Source of the DNA: Bacteroidia bacterium
GTDB lineage: Bacteria > Bacteroidota > Bacteroidia > M30B66
Direction of reading: 5' to 3'
DNA: 64,000 bases
Assembly: GCA_018401705.1 (NCBI GenBank)
Contig: JAGYKL010000001.1
Coordinates: 148,473 to 212,472, forward strand
Position numbers and translations under genes: made by a program. Below, piece after piece: positions 50,016 through 60,716 of this stretch (the first letter of the stretch is position 1; every line of letters starts with the position of its first letter). Below the pieces are notes generated by a model that ran no database searches, had not been told where the DNA came from, and was given only the letters and a program-made list of their open reading frames with translations.

Positions 50016-50948
50016 ATGAAGAATCTATTGGAAATCAGCTATGTAAAATATGCTGATATAAATAAGATTCTCTGGGATGAGAGTCTGTCTAAAGCAAAAA
50101 ACGCTTTAGTATATGCAAATAGTTGGTTCTTAGATACTGTTACAAATTATAACTGGGATGCTATAATTTCTGCAGATTACAAATGGATTATGCCAATGCC
50201 TGTAAAGTCTAAATATGGCGTCAAATATCTGGCTACTCCTCCTTTTGTTCAGCAACTAGGAATCTTCGGACCAGAGGAGCCTTCTAAAGAGCTAATAGAG
50301 CAATTCATAGATTTAGCCATTCAACGAATCTCATTTGTGGATTTCAATTTTAATTGGTTGAACAATGTTCCTGAAAATGAATCATTCATAAGAACTCAGC
50401 GAACAAATTTGATTCTTGCATGTGATAGTCCTTATGATTTATTGAAGCTAAATTTCACAGAAAATTTAACACGTAATATTCAAAAATCAGAAAAAGCTAG
50501 TATCAGATTCAGTCCGTGTTCAATAAGAAATATTATTAAATTATTTCAAGAAAGTAAAGGAAAGGACTTGAAAGTTGCAACTACTGAATGGTATAATCAA
50601 ATTGATCAAATTTATAATGTAGCTTCACTTAGATTTAAAGGAAGGTGCCTAGGAGCATATAACGAGGCCGGTGAATTATTGGCAGGAATGTTCGTTACCG
50701 AGTGGCAAGGCAGAGCAACTTTTTTATTCTCAGGAAATTCAGAAGAAGGTAAGATGGCTGCAGCTCTACCTGCTCTTATAAATTATTATCTTAAGCATAT
50801 TCCTAATGAAATTGAGATTTTTGATTTTGAAGGATCAGACAATGAAGGCTTAAAACGTTTTTACAAGAGTTTTGGCTCAGTTGAATCGAACTACGTACAT
50901 TTGAAGATAAATCGTTTGCCTAAATATCTTCGTTGGTTAAAAGCCTGA
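50016..50948 (+). CDS. GNAT/FemAB-like acyltransferase
   Basis: PPFVQQLG, FDFEGS...RFYKSFG. Confidence 0.75.
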   Translation: MKNLLEISYVKYADINKILWDESLSKAKNALVYANSWFLDTVTNYNWDAIISADYKWIMPMPVKSKYGVKYLATPPFVQQLGIFGPEEPSKELIEQFIDLAIQRISFVDFNFNWLNNVPENESFIRTQRTNLILACDSPYDLLKLNFTENLTRNIQKSEKASIRFSPCSIRNIIKLFQESKGKDLKVATTEWYNQIDQIYNVASLRFKGRCLGAYNEAGELLAGMFVTEWQGRATFLFSGNSEEGKMAAALPALINYYLKHIPNEIEIFDFEGSDNEGLKRFYKSFGSVESNYVHLKINRLPKYLRWLKA

Positions 50949-50954
50949 TTAAAT

Positions 50955-51605
50955 ATGTCAAAAATCCTGAGTAAAGAGAATTCCCTTGTTAGTGTCTACA
51001 TAAGCGAATTAAGAGATGTAGAAATACAAAAAGACAGCATGAGATTTAGAAGGAATCTTGAGCGTCTTGGTGAAATATTCGCTTATGAAATAAGTAAAGA
51101 ACTCGAATACACTCAGAAAGAAATTACTACACCACTTGGTGTATCCACCATGAACGTGTTGAAAGAACAACCTGTTATTTCAACTATTCTAAGGGCAGGG
51201 CTACCCGTTCATGAAGGAATGTTAAGTTTTTTCGACAGAGCAGAGAATGCATTTGTTTCTGCTTATCGCAAACATCATAAAGACAATACATTTGAGATTA
51301 AAATTGAATACTTAAGCAGCCCTTCAATTGACGATAAAGTGCTTATCATTTGCGACCCTATGCTTGCTACAGGCCAATCGATGTTTCTTGCCTATAAAGC
51401 TTTATTACAACGTGGTAAACCCAGACATATTCATGTTGTAGGCTTAATTGCTAGTCAGGAAGGAGTTAATTATGTTGAAAGCCACTTCCCTGAAAACACA
51501 ACTATTTGGCTGGGAGCTGTTGATGACGAACTTACTGCAAAGTCATACATTGTTCCTGGCTTAGGAGATGCAGGAGACTTAGCTTATGGCAAGAAGCTTG
51601 GATAA
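50955..51605 (+). CDS. upp: Uracil phosphoribosyltransferase
   Basis: ILRAGL, DPMLATG, YIVPGLGDAGD. Confidence 0.96.
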   Translation: MSKILSKENSLVSVYISELRDVEIQKDSMRFRRNLERLGEIFAYEISKELEYTQKEITTPLGVSTMNVLKEQPVISTILRAGLPVHEGMLSFFDRAENAFVSAYRKHHKDNTFEIKIEYLSSPSIDDKVLIICDPMLATGQSMFLAYKALLQRGKPRHIHVVGLIASQEGVNYVESHFPENTTIWLGAVDDELTAKSYIVPGLGDAGDLAYGKKLG

Positions 51606-51661
51606 TTTTTGCAACACCTTGTTAATATTTTCGTTATATTACAAGTAGTATCTTCGATTCA

Positions 51662-52132
51662 ATGATTACCTTTCTCAGAACTCTGTCATTATTCTTATTA
51701 ACATCGGTTAAATTCGTTGTTGGGGTTCCCGCTGCTTACGCAGCGATGAAGATGACGTTTTGGGAATTATCCGCATTTTCCTCAATTTCAGGAATCTTCG
51801 GAGTAGCATGTTTCGTTTTTTTAAGCGATTGGCTTTTTAAAATATGGGGAAATCTTAAAATGAAATACTTCCCTCCAAAGGAAACAGCCAAGAAGCGCAA
51901 AGTTTTTTCCAAGTCAGCCAGACGTTATGTTTCTATTGTAAGGAAATATGGTCTAGCCGGATTAGCCCTATTAACTCCTACTCTATTATCGATACCAATA
52001 GGCACAATTCTGGCAAGGAAGTTTTTTCCAAATAGAACAAAAGTCTTTATCTATTTGAGTGGATCAGTAATACTTTGGGCAGTTGCTATTTCTGCTATAC
52101 TGCATTTTCCATCATTGATTAATTTCAAATAA
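51662..52132 (+). CDS. Hypothetical membrane protein
   Basis: TM helices; KYGLAGLALLTPTLLSIPIG. Confidence 0.7.
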   Translation: MITFLRTLSLFLLTSVKFVVGVPAAYAAMKMTFWELSAFSSISGIFGVACFVFLSDWLFKIWGNLKMKYFPPKETAKKRKVFSKSARRYVSIVRKYGLAGLALLTPTLLSIPIGTILARKFFPNRTKVFIYLSGSVILWAVAISAILHFPSLINFK

Positions 52133-52828
52133 ATGAATAATGTCGGGCATTTATTTTTCGACCTAGACAGAACGATCTGGGATTATGAAACTAATAGCAG
52201 AGAGACTCTCGTAGATTTATATCAAGAACATTTACTACATAAAACTCTATCATCGCAAGATGAATTCATTGAAGTTTTTAGAGTTGAGAATGCTAAGCTA
52301 TGGGACCTATTCACAGCAAATAAGATTGATAAGGAATTTCTAAGAAATGAACGTTTCTATAAAAGCATTCAGAAAATTGGGGTTGACAACAAAAGTTTGG
52401 GTTTAGCTATGGAAGATCATTACATTGAGAACACACCTTCTAAGAAGCTACTAATTCCTGGAGCTTTAGAAACCCTAAGCTATTTAAACAAGAAATACAC
52501 ACTTCATATCATAACCAACGGTTTTGAGGATGTTCAACACTTTAAATTAAGAAACTGCGGAATTGACCACTTTTTTAAAGAAGTGATTACCAGCGATGGG
52601 GCTAAAGCAAGAAAACCTAATAATGAGATTTTTGACTATGCTCTAAAAAAGGCCGGAGTTTCAAGTGAGGAAAGTGTGATGATAGGAGATGATCCTGAGG
52701 TGGATATCTTGGGAGCTATTAAAGCAGGATGGAGCAACGCAATTTTAGTAAACACAATGAATATGAATCACTCTTTAGAAAACGTTACTGAGGTTTTTGA
52801 ATTAACTGAGCTTATCAGCATACTATAA
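52133..52828 (+). CDS. YjjG-family HAD pyrimidine nucleotidase
   Basis: FFDLDRTIWD, IITNG, KP, MIGDD. Confidence 0.9.
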   Translation: MNNVGHLFFDLDRTIWDYETNSRETLVDLYQEHLLHKTLSSQDEFIEVFRVENAKLWDLFTANKIDKEFLRNERFYKSIQKIGVDNKSLGLAMEDHYIENTPSKKLLIPGALETLSYLNKKYTLHIITNGFEDVQHFKLRNCGIDHFFKEVITSDGAKARKPNNEIFDYALKKAGVSSEESVMIGDDPEVDILGAIKAGWSNAILVNTMNMNHSLENVTEVFELTELISIL

Positions 52829-52864
52829 AAAAAGCCCGTCATACAATGTATAACGGGCTTTTTT
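52827..52864. terminator. Bidirectional intrinsic terminator
   Basis: AAAAAAGCCCGT..ACGGGCTTTTTT. Confidence 0.85.
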
Positions 52865-52886
52865 AAATTTTCTTGATTCTATGGAA

Positions 52887-53237
52887 CTACTTCGCGTGTC
52901 CGCTACCGGTTGGTGAAGAAGTTTTTTCTCCAGTTCCTTCGGCGCAAGATTTACCTGCTCCTTTTGAGCTGCAGCAACTTTTTGCTTTGGCAGCACCAGC
53001 ATTACCTGATTCAGTGGCTGCACTTCCTTTAGCTCCATCTTCGTGACAAGATTTAGCAGCATCTTTTGAGCAACAAGCTTTTTCAGATTTCTTCTTTTTC
53101 TTTTTGTCTTTATCCTTATCATCAGAAGCTTTAACGATAAGAGAACTTTGAGCATCATTCGAAAAAGATGCTGAAGCAACTGCATATGCACCTCCAGTGA
53201 AAGCAGCTAAGCAAAGTATGGCAATTATTTTTTTCAT
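52887..53237 (-). CDS. Small secreted Lys/Cys-rich low-complexity protein
   Basis: Signal peptide, K6 run, ACCS/SCH/SCCS/SC motifs; own TATCTTTG promoter and terminator. Confidence 0.75.
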   Translation of the reverse strand: MKKIIAILCLAAFTGGAYAVASASFSNDAQSSLIVKASDDKDKDKKKKKKSEKACCSKDAAKSCHEDGAKGSAATESGNAGAAKAKSCCSSKGAGKSCAEGTGEKTSSPTGSGHAK

Positions 53238-53296
53238 TTCTTTAAATTATACATCAAAGATACAATATTAAATACACTCTTTATCAGAAAACTGAA

Positions 53297-53947
53297 TTAG
53301 ATTGTTGCAATTTTTGTTAATCCGCCTTTCACCACATCGCCCAATTTAACAAGCACATTTGCATCTGTTGGTAAAAGAATATCTACCCTGCTGCCAAACT
53401 TGATAAATCCGAATTCGCCTCCCTGTTGAGCATCTTCACCAACTTTACAATAGGTTTTGATTCTACGAGCTACGTAACCGGCAATTTGCCTTAGCAAAAT
53501 GCTTTTTGACCCATTTTCAACAACAACAGTTGTTCTTTCATTCTCAGTAGAGGATTTTGGATGGCTTGCAACTAAGTATAAGCCTTCATGGTATTTGAAA
53601 TATGCAACCTTACCTGAAATAGCATATCGATTAATATGAACATTTAAGGGCGACATAAATACTGATACCTGAATTCTTTTGGTTTTGTAATATTCAGGCT
53701 CATCAACTTCTTCAATAGCTACAATCTCTCCATCTGCCGGACAAAGCACCCAATCGCCAATATTTTGTTTTCTAGATGGATTTCTAAAGAATTGAAGCAC
53801 TAGTAAATAAAATACCAGCGACACAAATATTGAAGCGAAGTGTATAAGTTGAACTTGAGGAAAAAGAGTGAAAATTGAAATGTTGATTATCAATAGGATA
53901 ATAAACAAAACAATTAACATTCTATGACCTTCTCGGTGTATAGTCAT
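53297..53947 (-). CDS. psd: Phosphatidylserine decarboxylase proenzyme
   Basis: FFRNP, CPADG, FMSPLNVH, KFGSRVD cleavage motif. Confidence 0.93.
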   Translation of the reverse strand: MTIHREGHRMLIVLFIILLIINISIFTLFPQVQLIHFASIFVSLVFYLLVLQFFRNPSRKQNIGDWVLCPADGEIVAIEEVDEPEYYKTKRIQVSVFMSPLNVHINRYAISGKVAYFKYHEGLYLVASHPKSSTENERTTVVVENGSKSILLRQIAGYVARRIKTYCKVGEDAQQGGEFGFIKFGSRVDILLPTDANVLVKLGDVVKGGLTKIATI

Positions 53948-54001
53948 TAATTAGAATGTTTAGGAAAAGGTTGATAAGATAACCAAATAAAATACCCGTT
54001 C

Positions 54002-54346
54002 TTAGATGTGCATGTATTCCTTCTTTGCAAGAAGCTGTTCTTCAGTTTCTCTATGATCAGGGTCATCAACACAACAGTCAACAGGACAAACAGCAGCGCA
54101 TTGTGGTTCATCATGGAAACCTACACATTCGGTACATTTATCGCTCACTATATAGTAAACATCCATGGCTTTGGGCTCTTGAGTTTGTTCAGCATCGTAA
54201 CTGCCACTTGGAGCAGTTATCTGACCTTTTAATGAAGTTCCGTCAGAAAATCTCCACTCAGTGCCTCCTTCATAGATAGCGTTATTAGGGCATTCCGGCT
54301 CACATGCGCCGCAATTAATACATTCATCAGTGATCATGATCGCCAT
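54002..54346 (-). CDS. 2[4Fe-4S] ferredoxin (YfhL-like)
   Basis: [12 protein letters not shown] and CTECVG...[10 protein letters not shown]. Confidence 0.95.
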   Translation of the reverse strand: MAIMITDECINCGACEPECPNNAIYEGGTEWRFSDGTSLKGQITAPSGSYDAEQTQEPKAMDVYYIVSDKCTECVGFHDEPQCAAVCPVDCCVDDPDHRETEEQLLAKKEYMHI

Positions 54347-54406
54347 AAACGTCAGATTTAAGGGTTATTTTTGCAGCGCAAAACTAAGATATAATTGCAT
54401 TCACTC

Positions 54407-55480
54407 ATGACTTTAGAACAACGAAAACTTGCATTTGTTGAATTGGGCAAAGAGATCAGAGCCTCTTTAGACCAGTCGCAAAGCTCTGAGAACCTGACAA
54501 TAAGACAACAACAATTAAGAACTCTTTGCGAAAGAATTCATCTCAGCAATGGCTGGTTTACAGAGGAAAATGTCAATACTGCCTTGGAGAATATTTCAGA
54601 AATGTTGACCAAAAAAGCCATAAATGATTGGTTAGGATCATACAATTTGATTGAAAATGAAGATGAAACATTAAAAACCATTGGGGTTGTAATGGCAGGT
54701 AATATCCCCGCAGTTGGATTTCACGACTTTTTATGCGTTCTAATTTCTGGAAATGTTATTAAAGCAAAACTATCAAGCTCTGATAATATTCTTATTCCAG
54801 CTTTAGCTGCAATGCTGGTTGGCATTGAGCCTAAATTTGCTGACAGAATAATTTTCACAGAAGATAGACTCACATCTATTGATGCTATAATTGCAACTGG
54901 CAGCAATAATTCATCAAGATACTTTGACTTTTATTTTAGTCGATTTCCTAATATCATTAGAAAAAACCGAACATCAGTTGCTATTCTAACCGGTAAAGAA
55001 AGCCCATCGGATATACAAAACCTTTATAACGATGTTTTTAAGTATTATGGCCTAGGATGTCGAAATGTCTCCAAGATATTTATTCCTTTTGATTATGATT
55101 TAATTGCAATGTTAAACGGGGCTACCGGATGGGAAAGAGTCGCAGAAAACAAAAAATACTTTAATAATTACGAGTACAATAAAGCGATTTACCTTGTTAA
55201 TAATGTACCTCATTTTGATAATGGTTTCTTACTCCTTAAGGAGGATGATTCTTTTCATTCTCCAGTTAGTGTTGTTCTTTATGAAAGATATCATCAGATT
55301 GATGATGTCATTGAAAACCTAAAGGATAGATCAACTGAAATCCAGTGTATTATATCCTTCCAATTGAAAATATAAATTCAATACCTTTGAAGCAGTCAAC
55401 AACCATCAGTGAATGATTATGCTGATGGCGAAGACACTATGTCGTTTTTATTGTCCCTTTCAAAAACAGTCATTAACTAA
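54407..55480 (+). CDS. Acyl-CoA reductase (LuxC-like), 3' end disrupted by apparent indels
   Basis: AGNIPAVG, ATGSNNS, GLGCRNVSK; conserved tail QQPSVNDYADGEDTMSFL lies beyond stops at 55373 and 55388. Confidence 0.85.
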
Positions 55481-55486
55481 TTGATA

Positions 55487-55969
55487 ATGAAACATCTCCT
55501 ATATTTAACCTTAACAGTACTTTCAATCTCCAATATGAATGCTCAAAATCCAGAACAGCCAATTATTACAGGCGAGTTCACTGACTCTGTTACGCATAGT
55601 GCTTGGTTTAATGATTGGCAAAATCTACATGGGGAAACGTTTATAGCTGAAGTTAGTCTTAAAGAACTTCGTTCAAAAAATTTAAAGGATATTTCTGTTG
55701 TAGTTATTCTTGGAACTTGGTGCGAAGACAGTCAAGTGCATGTACCAGCTCTTTTAGATTGCTTTAAAGGAACTGAGGTGCCCATAAAAATAATCGGCGT
55801 AAATCGTGAAAAAGAATGCCCCTTTAAGCCAAAGGAATGTAAAAACTGGGATATTGAGTTTGTGCCCACAATAAAAATATTGAAATCCAATGTAGAAATT
55901 GGAAGAATCGTTGAATCTCCGTCAAAATCTTTAGAAGAGGATTTAATTGAAATAATTGATAAAAATTAA
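55487..55969 (+). CDS. Secreted thioredoxin-like protein
   Basis: GTWCEDS, FVPT, GRIVESP. Confidence 0.8.
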   Translation: MKHLLYLTLTVLSISNMNAQNPEQPIITGEFTDSVTHSAWFNDWQNLHGETFIAEVSLKELRSKNLKDISVVVILGTWCEDSQVHVPALLDCFKGTEVPIKIIGVNREKECPFKPKECKNWDIEFVPTIKILKSNVEIGRIVESPSKSLEEDLIEIIDKN

Positions 55970-55992
55970 TATTAAGACAAAGCTGAATTCAA

Positions 55993-57534
55993 TTGAAAAT
56001 ATTTGATTTGGAAATGCTACGGATACAATTAAGCTTTATTTTCTTGATTTTAATTGGCAAAATTGAAGGACAAGCCATTTTTTGCCCTGAAATAGAATCG
56101 CACTTAAAAACATTAAACAAAAAATTTCCATTCGGTGTTGCTTCAGGAGATCCAAGAGAAAATTCAATTGTATTATGGACAAGTATTTATCCATCTGATA
56201 AGATGGATAAATTGGAAGTCGCATATCAAGTTTCAGAAGATTCCTTATTTTATTCAATCAGTGCTGAAGGTCTGCTTAAAGTTGAGAAGTCGAATGCATA
56301 TTGTATTAATGTTCAAGCAGTCGGTTTAATTGAAGGGAAGAAATATTTCTATCGTTTTCGTTTTGAGAATGATTATTCTCCTATTGGGAGAACGTATACT
56401 GCAAACTCGAATAGTTCAAAATTAAAGTTCGGTGTTGTGAGTTGCAGCAACTATGAATGGGGATATTTTAATGCATATGGCGCTTTGGCGAAAGAGAAAG
56501 ACCTTCAGGCGATTATTCATCTTGGTGACTATATTTATGAATATCAGCCAGGAAAGTATGGCAATCAAAAACTTTCTCGTAAGCATTTGCCATCCAAAGA
56601 AATTATTACAGAAGAGGATTACAGAAGCCGATACGCTCAATATCGTTTAGACCCAGATCTCCAGGAATTACACAGACTATATCCATTCGTAAGCATTTGG
56701 GATGATCATGAGATTGCGAATGATACCTATAAGGATGGAGCTCAAAATCATCAGCCAGATGAGGGACCCTGGGAACAAAGAAAAAACATAGCAAAAAAAG
56801 TTTATTTTGAATGGCTTCCAATTGAAAGTTCACCTCACTATCAAATTAGAAGAAAGTTCCAATTTGGCAAGATGGCTGATTTGTTCATGCTTGATGGCCG
56901 TTTAGAAGGCCGAAGCAAACAAGTCAGTGGAATTAATGATCCTATTCGATATGATTCGAATAGAACCATGCTAGGTCAAGAACAAGCTGAATGGTTAATA
57001 AAGGAAGTTTCGAATTCAAAAGCTAAATGGAAGATAATTGGTAATCAAGTGATCTTCTCTGCTTTTGATTATCCATCCAAATTAAAAACCTATTCAAAGA
57101 GCATGGATATGTGGGAAGGATATCCGGTTGAGAGAAATAGGATATTAAATGCATGAAATAATGCAGGAATCCAAGATATTGTAATCCTTACAGGAGATGT
57201 ACATGCGTCCTTCTCTATGGAATTAAGAAGAAACATACAAGATGAATCTTCAAGAATGGGTGCTGAATGGGTTACAACAAGTATTACTTCTAGTAACCTT
57301 AATGAATATACATCAACCTGGAAGGTTAGAGTAGTCGAAAAATGGTTTAGAGAAAAAAATATGAATCCTCACATGAATCATATTGACTTAAGAAATCATG
57401 GTTTTTTGATTCTGGAATTAACAGAAAATGAAGCAACAGGATACTGGAACTATGTTAAAACCTTAACTCTTAAAAATCAGAAAATCAAGAAGGTAGTTAA
57501 AAGGAGTTTGGTCCATCATGAGTTCAGAGATTAG
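55993..57534 (+). pseudogene. phoD: Alkaline phosphatase D (PhoD) with one in-frame TGA at 57154
   Basis: GVASGDP, HLGDYIYE, WDDHE; the same frame continues after TGA with ILTGDVH to 57534. Confidence 0.85.
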
Positions 57535-57540
57535 TTTTAG

Positions 57541-57708
57541 CTAAAGTAATCCTGCATTTATTTGCTTAATCGCCTTCTCAAACTCAATAATCCAATGTGT
57601 TAACTTATCACTACCTCTTTGAATTAAAGTATCTTGAGCCATAAAATCGCTAGGCCCTTTTCTTGCTTTTTCATTGGATAGAATAAATTTTTTGACTTGT
57701 TTATCCAT
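57541..57708 (-). CDS. Unannotated 55-aa hypothetical protein
   Basis: MDKQVKKFILSNEKARKGPSDFMAQDTLIQRGSDKLTHWIIEFEKAIKQINAGLL; A-rich sequence upstream. Confidence 0.45.
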   Translation of the reverse strand: MDKQVKKFILSNEKARKGPSDFMAQDTLIQRGSDKLTHWIIEFEKAIKQINAGLL

Positions 57709-57934
57709 AGCATTTTCCTTTTTTTTATCTACGCTATTGAATTACTAACGTTACTGACCAGAATAATTGTATGTAGAAACACACAATTAAGATTTAGGCT
57801 CATAAAATTCACTTACTGTTTTGATTTTCTGCACTTTAAATTAAAGAGGAGAGTTTCTATTTAATTTAAAAAAATTTCAACAATCATGTTGAGAACTTAT
57901 CCGATCTTAAATGTTTAATAGACGAATGTATTTG

Positions 57935-57999
57935 CTGGGGGCCCTTAAATTTGCGACCGGAGGGGAGGTTAGCGGCGGCCCCACGTACGCGCGCGCGTT
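57935..57999 (+). other. GC-rich non-coding element: -7 box, G-tract and (CG)5 palindrome
   Basis: GGGGGCCCTTAAATTTGCGACCGGAGGGGAGGTTAGCGGCGGCCCCACGTACGCGCGCGCGT within AT-rich DNA. Confidence 0.6.
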
Positions 58000-58142
58000 C
58001 TTTGTAAATGCAGATTCACAGATTATACGTTTTTAAACATTTCAAATGTTTAATACGCATAATTGATCCCCATAATCAAATATGTTTTCTCCCAGAATGA
58101 CAAAAAGAAAAACAAGCGTCTGGTTTAATAATTGAGTGGTAT

Positions 58143-58595
58143 TCAATTCTCCGCTTTTCTCTTAAAATGAGAATCGATTTGCGGAAAAATTAAAAGATCT
58201 GCCGCTAAAAAATCATAGGCCGATAATTCATTTGGCTTACAGAAGACAATTGATTCATGCTCTTTGGCAGCAATTATCCCATTTTCAATTACTGCAATAA
58301 AAGGATATAGAATAATTTTAAAGCTTTCATACTCAAACTTAACAGCTTCAAGCGCATGTGAAATGGAGATTTTAATATTGAGCTCCTCCGAAATTTCTCT
58401 AATTAGGCAGTGTTCTGCACTTTCGTCCTTCTCTATTTTACCTCCAGGAAACTCCCATTTTCCACTCATCTCTTTCCCATTTGGTCTTTGAGCGATTAGA
58501 ATTTTGCCTTCATTAATAATTACAGCACAAGAAACATGAACCAGTTTTCTCACCTTAATTAATACTATTCTGCTATCCTCATTTATAAGCTTCAA
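58143..58595 (-). CDS. MutT-like NUDIX hydrolase
   Basis: [10 protein letters not shown]....[10 protein letters not shown] Nudix box. Confidence 0.9.
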   Translation of the reverse strand: MKLINEDSRIVLIKVRKLVHVSCAVIINEGKILIAQRPNGKEMSGKWEFPGGKIEKDESAEHCLIREISEELNIKISISHALEAVKFEYESFKIILYPFIAVIENGIIAAKEHESIVFCKPNELSAYDFLAADLLIFPQIDSHFKRKAEN

Positions 58596-60705
58596 TTAAC
58601 AATTCAAGAATTTCCTGAGCTGCTAAAGGAATACTTGTTCCTGGCCCAAATACCGAAGCAACGCCTTTATTGAAGAGAAAATCGTAATCTTTCTGAGGAA
58701 TCACGCCACCAGCTACCACTATTATATCTTCGCGATTAAGTTCCTTTAGTTTTTCTATCACTTGAGGAACAAGTGTTTTATGCCCACCAGCCAAAGAAGA
58801 CACTCCAAGAATATGGACATCATTCTCTATAGCTTGCTTTGCAACTTCAGCGGGGGTTTGAAACAATGGACCAATATCAACATCAAAACCAATATCGGCA
58901 AAGCCAGTACTTATAACTTTAGCACCTCTATCATGACCATCCTGGCCCATTTTGGCCACAAGTATTCTTGGTCTTCTTCCGGCCAGCTTAGCAAATTGAT
59001 CTGCAAGATTTCTTGCTTGAATAAAAGGTTGATTGTTTTTCACTTCATTTGAATAAACTCCTGAAATTGATTTGATTGTTGCTTTATATCTTCCATAAAC
59101 GGCCTCCAAAGAAGAAGAAATCTCTCCCAATGTTGCTCTATGCCTAGCTGCTATAATGCAAAGTTCCATTAGATTCCCTTGATTGCTCATAGCAGCTTTC
59201 TTGATATCACTTAGGGATTCATCTACTAATTGCTGATTTCGAGATGCTTTTATTTTTTTCAATAAAGCAATTTGGCTTTCTCTTACTGAACTATTATCCA
59301 CTTCAAGGATTTCGATATCGGTTTTTTTCTCTGACTGGAATCTATTTACGCCAACAATGACTTCTGACCCTGCATCAATTCTAGCTTGTTTTTTTGCTGC
59401 AGCTTCTTCAATTCTCATTTTGGGTATTCCTGTTTCAATAGCTTTTGCCATTCCCCCAAGATTCTCAACTTCCTGAATCAATTCCCATGCTTTGGAAACT
59501 AGTTCATTAGTAAGTTTCTCTACATAATAACTTCCAAACCAAGGATCGACAGCTTTTATAACTTCAGTTTCCATTTGAATTAAAAGCTGAGTATTTCGGG
59601 CAATTCTAGCTGAAGCATCTGTTGGTAAAGCTATTGCTTCATCAAGAGCATTGGTATGTAAGCTCTGAGTGCCACCCATGACAGCTGAAAGAGCTTCAAT
59701 ACAGGTTCTTGCAACATTGTTATATGGGTCTTGCTCCGTAAGACTCCAGCCACTTGTTTGGCAATGAGTTCTGAGAGCCATTGCTTTTTCCGTTTTTGGA
59801 TCAAATCCTTTAATCAATTTAGCCCAAAGCAAACGACCTGCCCTCATTTTAGCGATTTCCATAAAATGATTCATACCTATTCCCCAGAAGAATGATAATC
59901 GAGGTGCAAATTCATCGATTTTCAATCCTGCTTTCAGACCTGTTCGAACATATTCAAGTCCATCGCATAAAGTGTAAGCTAATTCAATGTCGGCAGTTGC
60001 TCCGGCTTCATGCATGTGATAGCCGCTAATACTGATACTATTAAATTTAGGCATTTTCTTGGATGCATACTCAAAGATATCTGCGATAATTTTAATACTG
60101 GGAGCTGGTGGATATATATATGTATTTCTTACCATAAACTCCTTCAAAATATCATTTTGAATAGTTCCACTTAAAAGTGCGGGAGCCACACCTTGCTCTT
60201 CAGCTGCAACAATAAAAAATGCCATTATTGGCAAAACCGCTCCATTCATTGTCATGGAAACACTCATTTGATCTAATGGAATCTGATCAAACAAAATCTT
60301 CATATCTTCAACAGTATCAATAGCAACACCAGCCTTTCCAACATCCCCTTCTACCCTTTCGTGATCAGAATCATATCCTCTGTGGGTAGCTAAATCAAAA
60401 GCTACAGATAAACCTTTTTGACCTGCTGCAAGATTGCGTCTATAAAATGCATTGCTTTCAAGAGCTGTACTAAACCCGGCATATTGTCTAATTGTCCAAG
60501 GTCTAGTCACATACATAGTGGAATAAGGCCCCCTTAAAAATGGAGCGACACCAGATCTAAATCCAATGTGCTCAATTTTATCTAACTGAGAATAATTATA
60601 TGAGCCTTTTATGTTTATCCCTTCAGGGGAAGTCCACGTTCTTAAATCTCCGTTTTCAACAGAAGAATTCTCAGGTTTAACACTCTTAAAATCAGGACGA
60701 TTCAT
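58579..60705 (-). CDS. scpA: Methylmalonyl-CoA mutase, large subunit
   Basis: [20 protein letters not shown]12-binding GQDGHDRG. Confidence 0.97.
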   Translation of the reverse strand: MNRPDFKSVKPENSSVENGDLRTWTSPEGINIKGSYNYSQLDKIEHIGFRSGVAPFLRGPYSTMYVTRPWTIRQYAGFSTALESNAFYRRNLAAGQKGLSVAFDLATHRGYDSDHERVEGDVGKAGVAIDTVEDMKILFDQIPLDQMSVSMTMNGAVLPIMAFFIVAAEEQGVAPALLSGTIQNDILKEFMVRNTYIYPPAPSIKIIADIFEYASKKMPKFNSISISGYHMHEAGATADIELAYTLCDGLEYVRTGLKAGLKIDEFAPRLSFFWGIGMNHFMEIAKMRAGRLLWAKLIKGFDPKTEKAMALRTHCQTSGWSLTEQDPYNNVARTCIEALSAVMGGTQSLHTNALDEAIALPTDASARIARNTQLLIQMETEVIKAVDPWFGSYYVEKLTNELVSKAWELIQEVENLGGMAKAIETGIPKMRIEEAAAKKQARIDAGSEVIVGVNRFQSEKKTDIEILEVDNSSVRESQIALLKKIKASRNQQLVDESLSDIKKAAMSNQGNLMELCIIAARHRATLGEISSSLEAVYGRYKATIKSISGVYSNEVKNNQPFIQARNLADQFAKLAGRRPRILVAKMGQDGHDRGAKVISTGFADIGFDVDIGPLFQTPAEVAKQAIENDVHILGVSSLAGGHKTLVPQVIEKLKELNREDIIVVAGGVIPQKDYDFLFNKGVASVFGPGTSIPLAAQEILELLIEAYK

Positions 60706-60716
60706 AATTTCAATAG

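Noticed and set aside
54407-55480. Bioluminescence (lux) system
   Set aside because: The LuxC-like reductase beside a ferredoxin is a usual Bacteroidota pair; no luxAB is present
57154-57156. Selenocysteine or genetic-code reassignment of TGA
   Set aside because: Non-catalytic position, no evident SECIS hairpin, and TGA terminates other genes (e.g. at 50012 and 50948)
58050-58090. dif site
   Set aside because: CATAA-TCAAA-TATGTT has the wrong spacing and a poor XerD arm
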